Assembly: GCA_963693055.1 (NCBI GenBank)
Contig: OY843751.1
Span: forward strand, 160,001-224,000
Length of the DNA stretch: 64,000 bases
Reading direction: 5' to 3'
DNA from: a bacterium
Lineage (GTDB): Bacteria > Zhuqueibacterota > Zhuqueibacteria > Residuimicrobiales > Krinioviventaceae
Position numbers and translations under genes: made by a program. The notes beneath the pieces were generated by a model. That model was not told the origin of the DNA and searched no databases. It saw only the letters and a program-made list of their open reading frames with translations. Below, one piece after another: positions 30,324 to 39,900 of this stretch (positions are counted from its first letter, which is position 1; every line of letters begins with the position of its first letter).

Positions 30324-33300
30324 ATGTTAAAAAAACAAGTGATTGTTTGGTTTCTCTTGTTGTTACTTCCGGCAGTAATGTTTGCCGGTACAACAGGGAA
30401 AATTGTCGGTAAAGTGATTGATAAGGATACAAAAGATCCTTTGCCGGCAGTGAATGTCCTGATTGAAGGCACAAAGATGGGTGCAGCAACGAATTTGAAT
30501 GGTGAGTTTTTCATCATAAATATTCCTGCGGGCTCTTATTCTTTACGTGCTGAAATGATTGGTTATTCGCCAATGCTCATTACTGATGTCAGAGTTAAGG
30601 CTGACTTGACTGCAAAGATAACTTTTAATCTTGAACCTACGATTCTTGAAGCCGGGGAAACCGTTACGGTCACCGCTGAGCGTCCCCTGATTCAGATGGA
30701 TCAAACTTCAAGCCGTACAGTTACCAGCAGTGAAGAAGTTGAGCATATGTCGATTGACTCTTTCGAGGATGTAGTTGCAACATCTGCGGGTATAGTTGTT
30801 GATGATAATGGTAATATGCACGCTCGTGGTGGTAGAACGAGTGAGGTTACCTATTTACTCGACAACTCGACCAATATTATGGATCCGCTTTCCGGTCAGT
30901 TTGATACAGACCTTCCGGAACTTGCTATTGAAGAAACAGCAGTTATGACCGGTGGATTTAGTGCAGAGTATGGTAATGCACAATCCGGTATCATTAACGT
31001 TGTTACCAAAGATGGTGGTCCGGTTCTTTCAGGTACCGTTCGTTACAGTACCAGTGCTCTTGACGGATGGGGTTCAACCGTTCGTGAAGATGAGGTGGTT
31101 GAAAATCGTCATAATCCCGAGTTCTCTATTGGTGGCCCTGTTCCATTCACCAAAGCAATTGGAGTTCCCGGTGAATTGCGTTATTTTCTCACGGGATGGT
31201 ATGAAAAATCTGATGGTCGTTTTGTAAATCAGGAAAGTGAATCAGGGACCTATCAGGGTAAAGTAACTTATAAAATTTCTCCAAGTCACACTTTGAGAAT
31301 TAAAGGCCTTTACCATAAAAAAGATTGGGATTATTTTTCATCAAACAGTGGCTACGGTGCGGAATGGAAAGTTCCTACTGTTGAAGATTTGAGTGAAAAA
31401 TATAAACCGTTTGGTGATCTGAATAATGACGGTGTTGATGATAATTCCGGTTATATCCCGGGATGGTACAACAATGGCATGCTTGACACAGAAGATATTA
31501 ATGGTAACAACTATTTGGATCCTGGTGAAGATTTGAACGGCAATGAGATTCTAGACCGTGAAGATCTTAACTATAATGGTAAGCTTGATGTGTTCAATAT
31601 GCTTGATCATCTTGCACAGTTGCAAGAAGAAAGCAATCAGCTTGCAATTACCTGGACTCATCAATTAAGTTCAAAAACTTTTTACGAATTACATATTGAT
31701 AGATATTATACACGTTTTTTCCAGAATGCTAATGAACAAATCAATGAAGATCGTGACGGCGATGGAAAATTGGACGCTGTAAGCGAAAATGTTGATTTGA
31801 ATGGTGACGGCACTATTGACAAATGGGAATGGAAAGATTTTGATGGTGATGGATATTTTGATAATGTTGCTGAAGATTTGAATGGTAATGGTAAACTTGA
31901 TGCTTATGGCACTGATCTGTTTACCGACTTTAACTCTGATGGTTATGTAGATGCTTCTCAAGATGCCTATCCAAATGATCCTAGTAAATGGATGAGCTGT
32001 TCTGATATCCCCTACAAAGGTGAGAAAAATACTGATGGTTATTATGCTTATGGTTCAGGTTTGACCTGGGACCGTACATATTGGTCAGAAAACAAATCTA
32101 CAAACTATGGTGTAAAGTTTGATATTGAAAGCCAGGTTAACGCCAACCATAATGTTCGTACGGGTGTTGATCTTAAATATCGTGAAATTTTCAATTATGA
32201 TGCAACCGACCGTTATGGATATGGTGAAAATTTTACTGTATTTCCAAATAGTGGTGCGTTCTATGTTCAGGATAAAATGGAATATCAGGGTATGATTCTG
32301 AATGTTGGTGTTCGTTACGATTATTTTGATGCCAACTGGAATGATTATCCTAACAACCTTTATGATCCTACCTGGACTTATGATGATGATGGTCATGAAG
32401 ATCTGAATGGAAACGGAACACTGGATACAGGTGAAGATGCCAATGGTAATGGTTATCTTGACCAGGCTTGGGACCCAGATATTTACAATTACGAAGGTGC
32501 TCCCAAGGTTAATGATATCAAAGATCCACAGTCCATCCAATTTAAAGACTATTGGAGCCCCCGTTTTGGTATTGCTTTCCCAATTACTGAACGTGATGTA
32601 ATGCACTTTAGTTATGGAAAATATTTCCAGGAACCCCTTGGAAATTACTTGTTCCGTAACCTCGAGTTCGATCTGGGTGGTGGTTTCCCTGTAATTGGTA
32701 ACCCAAATCTTGAACCTGAAAGTACTACTGCTTATGAAGTAGGTTTGAACCACCAGATTTCTAACTCTATGAAAATCAAAGTTACCGGTTTTTATAAAGA
32801 TATTTCAAACCTGACAGACAGTAAACCGATTTATTATACGGTACGTGACTGGTATGGTTTCTATTATAACGCGGATTATGGAAATGTTCGTGGTTTTGAA
32901 TTTGAATTTTTAAGACGTCCTGAGCGTATTGCATTTTTGTACCTGAGTGGTCGTTTTAACTATACTTATCAAGTTGCTAAAAACAAAAGTTCCACGGTTG
33001 GTCAAGGTTATTCAACCGAATGGGCTGGAAATGTTTTACCGCGATTTGAATCCTATACTGATTGGGATCAGCGTCATACTGTTAATGCTAACCTTGATCT
33101 TAGAATACCGAGAGATCAGAATTTGTTTGGCACTCCAATACTTAATGATTTGGGTGTAAACTTTTTGTGGTACTATGGCAGCGGAACCCGCTGGACACCT
33201 CCAAAAGGCCAGGACAAAGCTGCTCCGGATAATACAGAGACATTGCCGTACAACATGACCCTTGATATGCGTATTACCAAACGCTTCCATGTTGGTCGCC

Positions 33301-33473
33301 TTGTACCTCAGATCTTTGTTGATGTCCGTAACCTGCTGGATCGTCAAAACATCATCGCTATTGATGATGAAGAGTGGTATTATGCTAAGGGTGATCCTGA
33401 AGGTAAATATGGCAACCCAACTGTTTATGACAGAGGTCGTTTGACCCGTATCGGTTTCAGGGTTGATTTCTAA
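30324..33473 (+). CDS. TonB-dependent receptor (carboxypeptidase-regulatory-like N-domain, plug, barrel) with Ca-binding loop repeats
   Basis: GTTGKIVGKVID, HARGGRTSEV, TGGFSAEYGNAQSGIINVVTK, YVQDKMEY, SPRFGIAFP, GNPNLEPE, WDQRHT, terminal Phe; AAGGAG RBS. Confidence 0.92.
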   Translation: MLKKQVIVWFLLLLLPAVMFAGTTGKIVGKVIDKDTKDPLPAVNVLIEGTKMGAATNLNGEFFIINIPAGSYSLRAEMIGYSPMLITDVRVKADLTAKITFNLEPTILEAGETVTVTAERPLIQMDQTSSRTVTSSEEVEHMSIDSFEDVVATSAGIVVDDNGNMHARGGRTSEVTYLLDNSTNIMDPLSGQFDTDLPELAIEETAVMTGGFSAEYGNAQSGIINVVTKDGGPVLSGTVRYSTSALDGWGSTVREDEVVENRHNPEFSIGGPVPFTKAIGVPGELRYFLTGWYEKSDGRFVNQESESGTYQGKVTYKISPSHTLRIKGLYHKKDWDYFSSNSGYGAEWKVPTVEDLSEKYKPFGDLNNDGVDDNSGYIPGWYNNGMLDTEDINGNNYLDPGEDLNGNEILDREDLNYNGKLDVFNMLDHLAQLQEESNQLAITWTHQLSSKTFYELHIDRYYTRFFQNANEQINEDRDGDGKLDAVSENVDLNGDGTIDKWEWKDFDGDGYFDNVAEDLNGNGKLDAYGTDLFTDFNSDGYVDASQDAYPNDPSKWMSCSDIPYKGEKNTDGYYAYGSGLTWDRTYWSENKSTNYGVKFDIESQVNANHNVRTGVDLKYREIFNYDATDRYGYGENFTVFPNSGAFYVQDKMEYQGMILNVGVRYDYFDANWNDYPNNLYDPTWTYDDDGHEDLNGNGTLDTGEDANGNGYLDQAWDPDIYNYEGAPKVNDIKDPQSIQFKDYWSPRFGIAFPITERDVMHFSYGKYFQEPLGNYLFRNLEFDLGGGFPVIGNPNLEPESTTAYEVGLNHQISNSMKIKVTGFYKDISNLTDSKPIYYTVRDWYGFYYNADYGNVRGFEFEFLRRPERIAFLYLSGRFNYTYQVAKNKSSTVGQGYSTEWAGNVLPRFESYTDWDQRHTVNANLDLRIPRDQNLFGTPILNDLGVNFLWYYGSGTRWTPPKGQDKAAPDNTETLPYNMTLDMRITKRFHVGRLVPQIFVDVRNLLDRQNIIAIDDEEWYYAKGDPEGKYGNPTVYDRGRLTRIGFRVDF

Positions 33474-33509
33474 CATTGGCATATGATTATTGATTGCTAT
33501 TTAAATTAA

Positions 33510-35810
33510 TTGGAGGTGGCTTTGTTGCTAAAAAAATACAAGCTGGAGATAGTTCTGGTCCTTTTAATGGTTTTCTCTTTTTCCGTTGCGCATGCTGAAA
33601 GGCATCCGGAAAAAACAGACCAGCGTCGCGATTTTAAATTGCGCAAAACAAACAACCGCCCTGCACAGGAATTCAAGGCACATACTATTGGTACCATGTG
33701 GAATGTTATAACCAACTATGGTAGTTTTGGTGATCCTAACTTTGATTCCTCAGGTCGTCCTTCTGTTGAATGGCCGGGTGCATCGAACAACAGTTATTTG
33801 TATGATGCAGCTATTTGGGTTTCAACAGTATTGAATGGTGAAAAATTATGTTCAAGTTATTTTTATACATTTGAAGAATGGGAACCCTCTGATGGTTCCC
33901 AGTTTTTAATGGGTAATGAAGAAGTGGTTGCTGTAGCAACTCCTAAATCTATCAATGACAGTTACTGTGTATTTGATGATCTTGAACCAAAGACTGAGCA
34001 TGTGCCCCTGGGTATCCAGGTTGTTGAACGTGGACTCTCCTGGAGCATGCCGGAATATGATGACTTTATTGCATATGAATTTGATATTATTAATACCGGT
34101 ACAAACGGTTTTCTCAAAGAAGTATATGTAAGCTGGTGGTATGATGTAGACGTTTCTTCTATCGACGTTACCGATAAACATATCGATGACCTTGTAGACT
34201 GGGACGGATACGATGGTTCAGATACCAACACTGACAAAGTCGATATAGTTGACCCCCTTGATCTTGATCAGGATGGCATTTCCGGTTATGATGATTATGG
34301 TATCCCTTATGGTCTCCCCATGGGCGGATTTAATGACAACTATGATCTTGAACAGGTTGAAGGTGATGGTGTTTTTGATGAATATACTCTTATTGAAGAT
34401 GAACGTGGTGATGCTATAACAGCAGATGTTGCCGTTACTATTGGTGATTATGAAATTGCTGCCGGTGATCCACTTGTAAAAGCTGACGGAACTCCATTGA
34501 TCGGTTGGAAAGTGTCACGTAATATGTCTTACATTTATGATGGCGATAACCCCAGTTCTTCTGAGAACGATTTTGGTGAACGTACTCTGAGTCCTGATTG
34601 TTCAGGTTTCATGGGTGGGCGTGTACTGTATGCAGATGCTGCATCTCCAGACTATGTGTTTGACGTACAAGATTCTTCACATTCCCGTATAACCCGCGCT
34701 TTTTCACACCAGTGGTGGAACTGGGAAAGTGATCCTGACACTGATATCGAGCAATATGACTATCAAAAAGGTCAGCACGAATTTAGTAAAGGTTATCACT
34801 TTTTGCCAAACCCATTGGATGTAGGTGCACCTACATTTGACTATCGTTTTTTAATTACCGTAGGGCCGTATGATATGGAAGCCAATGACACCGTACGTGT
34901 GGTTTGGGCAGAAGTTGTCGGTCAAGGTCTTGAAGGTATGCGCGCAAATGCTGATAAAGCTTTGGAAGCGTATTATACTGGTAGTGAGTTCAGCAGTCCA
35001 TATAATCCTACTCCGCCACATCAGGATACACACTGGCTGTTGCCTGCACCTCCTCCTACACCAAACCTGCGTTACAGTCCGAATGATCGTTCTGTGAATT
35101 TGGTATGGGATAATATTGCAGAAATTACACCCGATACAAAAACCAAAGAAATCGATTTTGTCGGTTATAAAATTTATCGTGCACAATATACTCCAAGCAA
35201 CTGGACACTCATTGCTGCATTTGATAATGTTGATGGACCCGTCAAAGTTGTAAATACAGAACGCGATTCTTTGGGTTATGTTGATCTGGATGATATTGCA
35301 AATGAATTTGTTGACGTTGGTGGTACTACACCATGGGGCACAACGATAGAAGCGCCTATTAATGGTATTCCTTATTTCTATACAGTTGTTGCTTATGATA
35401 CCGGTGATGAAACTATAAATTTACCGCCATCTGAAAGCAGTAAATCCAATTACAGCAAAACCGAAGCAGGTGCACCACTTGCTGTAATACCGAAACGTAT
35501 GTATGAAACTGAAGAAGTAGTTGATTTACAGAAAGTTAAAGTTGTTCCCAATCCATACAAGGCAACAGATGTTTTTGAAGACATTTATGAAAACGCAATA
35601 CTTTTTACAAACTTGCCTCCTGTATGTAAAATTACTGTTTTTACTCTTGCTGGTGATATGGTTATTTCCCTTGATCATACAGATGGCAGTAGTGTGGAAA
35701 CCTGGGATTTAATATCCAGGAACACTCAGTCAGTAGTAAGTGGATTGTATGTGTATGTGGTTGAAACGGAAAATGACAAGTTTGTCGGCAAGTTTGTAAT
35801 TATGATGTAA
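33510..35810 (+). CDS. Secreted acidic protein with FN3-like domain and variant T9SS-like CTD
   Basis: Signal peptide; WNVITNYGSFG, PAPPPTPNL, FVGYKIYR, YFYTVVAYD; CTD VKVVPNPY...FTNLPP...WDLISRN...SGLYVY; true start probably TTG 33522 or 33525 after GGAGG. Confidence 0.8.
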   Translation: MEVALLLKKYKLEIVLVLLMVFSFSVAHAERHPEKTDQRRDFKLRKTNNRPAQEFKAHTIGTMWNVITNYGSFGDPNFDSSGRPSVEWPGASNNSYLYDAAIWVSTVLNGEKLCSSYFYTFEEWEPSDGSQFLMGNEEVVAVATPKSINDSYCVFDDLEPKTEHVPLGIQVVERGLSWSMPEYDDFIAYEFDIINTGTNGFLKEVYVSWWYDVDVSSIDVTDKHIDDLVDWDGYDGSDTNTDKVDIVDPLDLDQDGISGYDDYGIPYGLPMGGFNDNYDLEQVEGDGVFDEYTLIEDERGDAITADVAVTIGDYEIAAGDPLVKADGTPLIGWKVSRNMSYIYDGDNPSSSENDFGERTLSPDCSGFMGGRVLYADAASPDYVFDVQDSSHSRITRAFSHQWWNWESDPDTDIEQYDYQKGQHEFSKGYHFLPNPLDVGAPTFDYRFLITVGPYDMEANDTVRVVWAEVVGQGLEGMRANADKALEAYYTGSEFSSPYNPTPPHQDTHWLLPAPPPTPNLRYSPNDRSVNLVWDNIAEITPDTKTKEIDFVGYKIYRAQYTPSNWTLIAAFDNVDGPVKVVNTERDSLGYVDLDDIANEFVDVGGTTPWGTTIEAPINGIPYFYTVVAYDTGDETINLPPSESSKSNYSKTEAGAPLAVIPKRMYETEEVVDLQKVKVVPNPYKATDVFEDIYENAILFTNLPPVCKITVFTLAGDMVISLDHTDGSSVETWDLISRNTQSVVSGLYVYVVETENDKFVGKFVIMM

Positions 35811-35871
35811 CGTATTGCTGCCTTTGTTTTTCTATTGTAGAATGCAAATCATAATAAAGAGGTTATTACTA

Positions 35872-36903
35872 ATGAAGAAAAAATTTACTGCTTTATTGTG
35901 CATCACCTTAATGTTTGGATTGGTTCATGTTTTACCCGCCCAACAATTTGCCAAGGTTGGTACAGCTGGTTCTCAGTTTCTGAAAATTGGCGCCGGCGCG
36001 AGAAATGTTGGGCTTGGAAATGCATGTGTCGCCGTTGTTGATGATGCGTCTTCCATGTTTTGGAATCCTGGCGGTTTAGCCATGGTTAAAAATTATAATG
36101 TGTTGATTTCTAATGTTCAATGGTTCGCTGATATTCAAATGAATGTAGTGGGTATTGCAAAAACTTTTCCTTCTCTGGGCTCTTTTGGTTTGAGTGCCAT
36201 GGTGCTTGGTTCCGGAGATATGGATATTACTACATATAAATTTCAGGATGGTACCGGCGAACAATTTTCTAAAAATGATATGATGGTTGGTTTGAGTTAT
36301 GCAAGATATCTGACTGACAAATTTTCATTTGGTGGTACTATAAAATATATTCGTGAAGATTATGGCTCTGTAAATGATTATACCGGTGAAGATGAAATTG
36401 CTTCCGCATGGTCTTTTGATTTAGGTGCTATTTATCAAACAGGTTTCAAGTCTTTGCGTTTAGGTATTGCTATTATGAACTTTGGTCCTGAAATGCAGAT
36501 TCCTGGTCAATATGCTGATATTGTTGGTTTCGATTCTGATACTCAACAATATATTACTGAGCCATATGATGATTATCGCCCCTATCATTTGCCTTTGATC
36601 TTTAGAGCAGGTTTTGCTTATGACCTGTTTGATTCTCCTCTGAACAAGTTTACTGTTTCCGGTGACCTGGTTCACCCCAATGACAATGTGGAACAGATAA
36701 ATCTGGGAGGTGAATATTGGTTTAAAAATAGTATAGCCTTCCGTGGCGGTTATATCGGAAATCATGATTCTGCCAACTTTTCAGTTGGTGGTAGTTTGCG
36801 TTTGAGTTTGAGTGGACTGGGTGCTGCAAGCATCGATTACAGTTATACCGATTTTGGTGTGCTGGATTTGGTCCACCAGATGGCTTTTTCTTTGGAATTC
36901 TAA
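35872..36903 (+). CDS. PorV/PorQ-family (FadL-like) outer-membrane beta-barrel
   Basis: KVGTAGSQFLKIGAGARNVGLGNA, DDASSMFWNPGGLA, alternating beta-strand pattern, IDYSYTDFG, terminal Phe. Confidence 0.88.
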   Translation: MKKKFTALLCITLMFGLVHVLPAQQFAKVGTAGSQFLKIGAGARNVGLGNACVAVVDDASSMFWNPGGLAMVKNYNVLISNVQWFADIQMNVVGIAKTFPSLGSFGLSAMVLGSGDMDITTYKFQDGTGEQFSKNDMMVGLSYARYLTDKFSFGGTIKYIREDYGSVNDYTGEDEIASAWSFDLGAIYQTGFKSLRLGIAIMNFGPEMQIPGQYADIVGFDSDTQQYITEPYDDYRPYHLPLIFRAGFAYDLFDSPLNKFTVSGDLVHPNDNVEQINLGGEYWFKNSIAFRGGYIGNHDSANFSVGGSLRLSLSGLGAASIDYSYTDFGVLDLVHQMAFSLEF

Positions 36904-36959
36904 TTTAGTTGATAATGATTATTTCCTGATCTCTTGAAAGACCTTTACCGGAGGGATAT

Positions 36960-39900
36960 ATGTTTAAAAAATTATCTGTAATTTTCCTTATGCTTTTATT
37001 TATGGGAAATGCATTATATGCCCAAACAGTTGGCGAGTCCAGATTGTTGTGGGTACATAATTATCAGTTTTTCCAGTATGATTACAAAATTGGTGCAACT
37101 TTGGCCGCAACTGGTGAAAATTGTGATGTTTGGGTAGAAAACAACCTGATCACTGCTATCACAGTTGATGAAACCAATGGTGTTGTTTATGCGGGCACCA
37201 AACGAACGGGTATTTTTTCAAAAGGATTGAACGAAACAACCTGGACCAGCCTGAGCGATGGCCATCCAAACAGTTCAAGAACTTTTGGGAAAAGCCCGGT
37301 TAATACAATGTTTGTCACATCTGACGGTACTGTTTTGGCTGGTCTGGACGATGGTATTTATCGTTGGGATGTTGAAGGCGCTCGCTGGAGACGTGCTACT
37401 GTTCGTACTCCTGTCTTTTGTTTCGCTGAAGCAAATGGCATTGTTTATGCCGGTCTTGGCGGTTATGTTTGGGCAGATGATGGCGATGAAGATAGTGACA
37501 TCGATATTGATGCTGGTGTTTATGCCAGTGACAATGGCGGTACTTCATGGGACCGTATGTCAAACGGTTTACCCAAAGATGGCGATGACGAGTATTTACC
37601 AGTAAACGCACTTTCAGTTGTAGATGGTTCTGTAATGGCTGCTACTGAAGCCGGTGTATTTTTGACAAAAAATCAAGGCGCTTACTGGCAGGGTGTTGAA
37701 CGTAAAATTACAGCAACCAAAGCGAATACGGTTGTAAATGTTTTCGAATCTACTCTTGATGAAGCCAAACTTGCTGAACTGGGCCGCGCGTTGTGGGACC
37801 CCAATACAGGTGAAATTTACGATAACTGGTTTGCGGTAGATGGCATTAGCCGCGAAGACAAAGTTGTTCTCGTTGAATATGACAGTTTGGATCAACCCTA
37901 TAGAAAATTTATTTGTCCACCCAATGATATTGAAACCACAAATTGGTTGTATGAACAAAGAAATACTGAAGGTATTGTGGGTGATGAAGGTTTGTGGAAT
38001 ATTAAAATTAATGATAATACACAAGACTTTACAACATACACTGGTTATGGCCCTTTTCCTGGTATTGATGTAAATGATTTCAAATTTCATGGCGAATCGG
38101 CAAAAGCTACAATAATTGATCCTCTTGCTGAGATATTGATTGTTGTTTCTTATCCTGAAGATCCCAATTTTGAAGTGGGTGGTAAATTTATCAATGTTAA
38201 ATATACTGATGGAACCAACACCTGGGTTTGGACCGCAAAATCTACTTCTTTACGCGGTTTGAACAATGAGAAAAAGGGTATTATAATTAATAATGATAAC
38301 CTGGTTTCTGGTGAAGAAATTGAAAATTATGATGAATTCAATACCACTGAAATAATTGGCCAGATGGAACTTTATACCTCCAGTGGCCTGGTGTTTAATA
38401 AAATGGCATATGCCGGTAATGACCAGGTTGTTTATGCCGGTAATGAAAACGGTGTTTATAAAACATCGGATATGGGACTTTCCTGGGACCTCGTTGGTTC
38501 TGTAACTGAAGGTCTTGAGAATATTGACATTCAAAGTTTGACAGCATTAGCAGACGGTTCTCTCTATGCCGGTACAATGGATAATGTTTTCAAAAGCACA
38601 ACAGGCGGAACCTCCTGGGAAGCGCTGGGAACCATTGATGCTGAAACAGAAGTGTTTAGTGTTAATGTTATCAATAACACCTTGTATGCAGGAACACCTT
38701 ATGGTTTTTATGAAACTGCAGACAATGGTGCAACATGGACAGGTTCAAACTTTGGAATGCCTGCTTATGTAAATGAAGAAAATATCCAAACTTTGATTAA
38801 TTATTTTGACAATTCTACTCCTGCAAATCCTTCAATGGGTGTTTATGATGTAATTGCGCAGCAGTTTGGTGAAGAAAACATCCCTGACATGGACAAGAAT
38901 AACAAAATAAGCATCCTTTTGCATAATATTGAAGATATAGGTTACGAAGAAAATCTGACATCTAACGGTTTGAGCGGAACAACCAATATTGCCGGTTATT
39001 TCCGTCCTGAAGATCAGAACCTGATTGGAAATACCAATAAAGGCGAGTTCCTTTATATTGATTCCCGTCAGGCAACAGATGCTCAACGTGCTGCGGCTTT
39101 GGGACATCAATTGCTTCGACTGATGCACTGGAACAATGATTATGATGAGCAAAGATGGGTAACCGAAGGTATTGGTTTTATGGCAGAACGCCTTTGTGGA
39201 TTTCCCTTACCATCATCAATGCCCGATTTTCAGACTTTGACAGGTGCAGCCAATGTTTACAGTCTTGTTGCGGGTACTGCATTGAGTCCATGGTCTGTAA
39301 GTCCTGATGATGGTGACATGAATAACCGTTTCACCCAGGTTTCCATGTTCTTTACATATCTTTTTGAAAACTTTGGCGGATTTGACCTTTTCAATAAAAT
39401 TATTGCTGATGAAGACAATGGCTGGGAAGGTATTCAAAATGTATTGCAAGCCGAATATGGCAAGAATTTCGATGATGTTTATGCTGCCTGGGTAATTGCA
39501 AACTGTATCAATGATGTAAATCAATCTGACCCCATATCTGGTGCTAAATATGGATATCAGGATTCTTTATATTCTGCAGTTTTGAACAATTATATGGATG
39601 AAAAAGGTCTGGGTATGAATTATGGTAACCTTTTTGGTCATAATAGTTCAATGTCTGAATATAAAGAATATAAAGTTTTACAGGAATATGGACAAGGACT
39701 GAATAACTGGGCATATACTGTTCGCTATTTGTTCCCTGATCCCAGTATCTTTGCAGACAATCCTGTACAATCCGTAATAAATTATTGGGACAAAGATCTC
39801 AAAACCGGTGAACCCATTAATATGAAAATCAATGCCAGTGATTATGCAAATCTGCGGGTGCACCTGATCAAAGTTAAACCAGATGGCTCCAAAGATGTAG

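Noticed and set aside
31410-32465. GAAGAT(T/C)TGAA(T/C)GG-type repeats as a CRISPR array or DGR template/variable repeats
   Set aside because: Repeats are degenerate at codon level, in frame and irregularly spaced within a CDS; no cas or reverse transcriptase gene in the window
32085-32753. 222-aa antisense ORF and the many other 60-160-aa shadow ORFs in the track
   Set aside because: They overlap well-supported genes, carry no motifs, and are expected from the sense-strand codon bias
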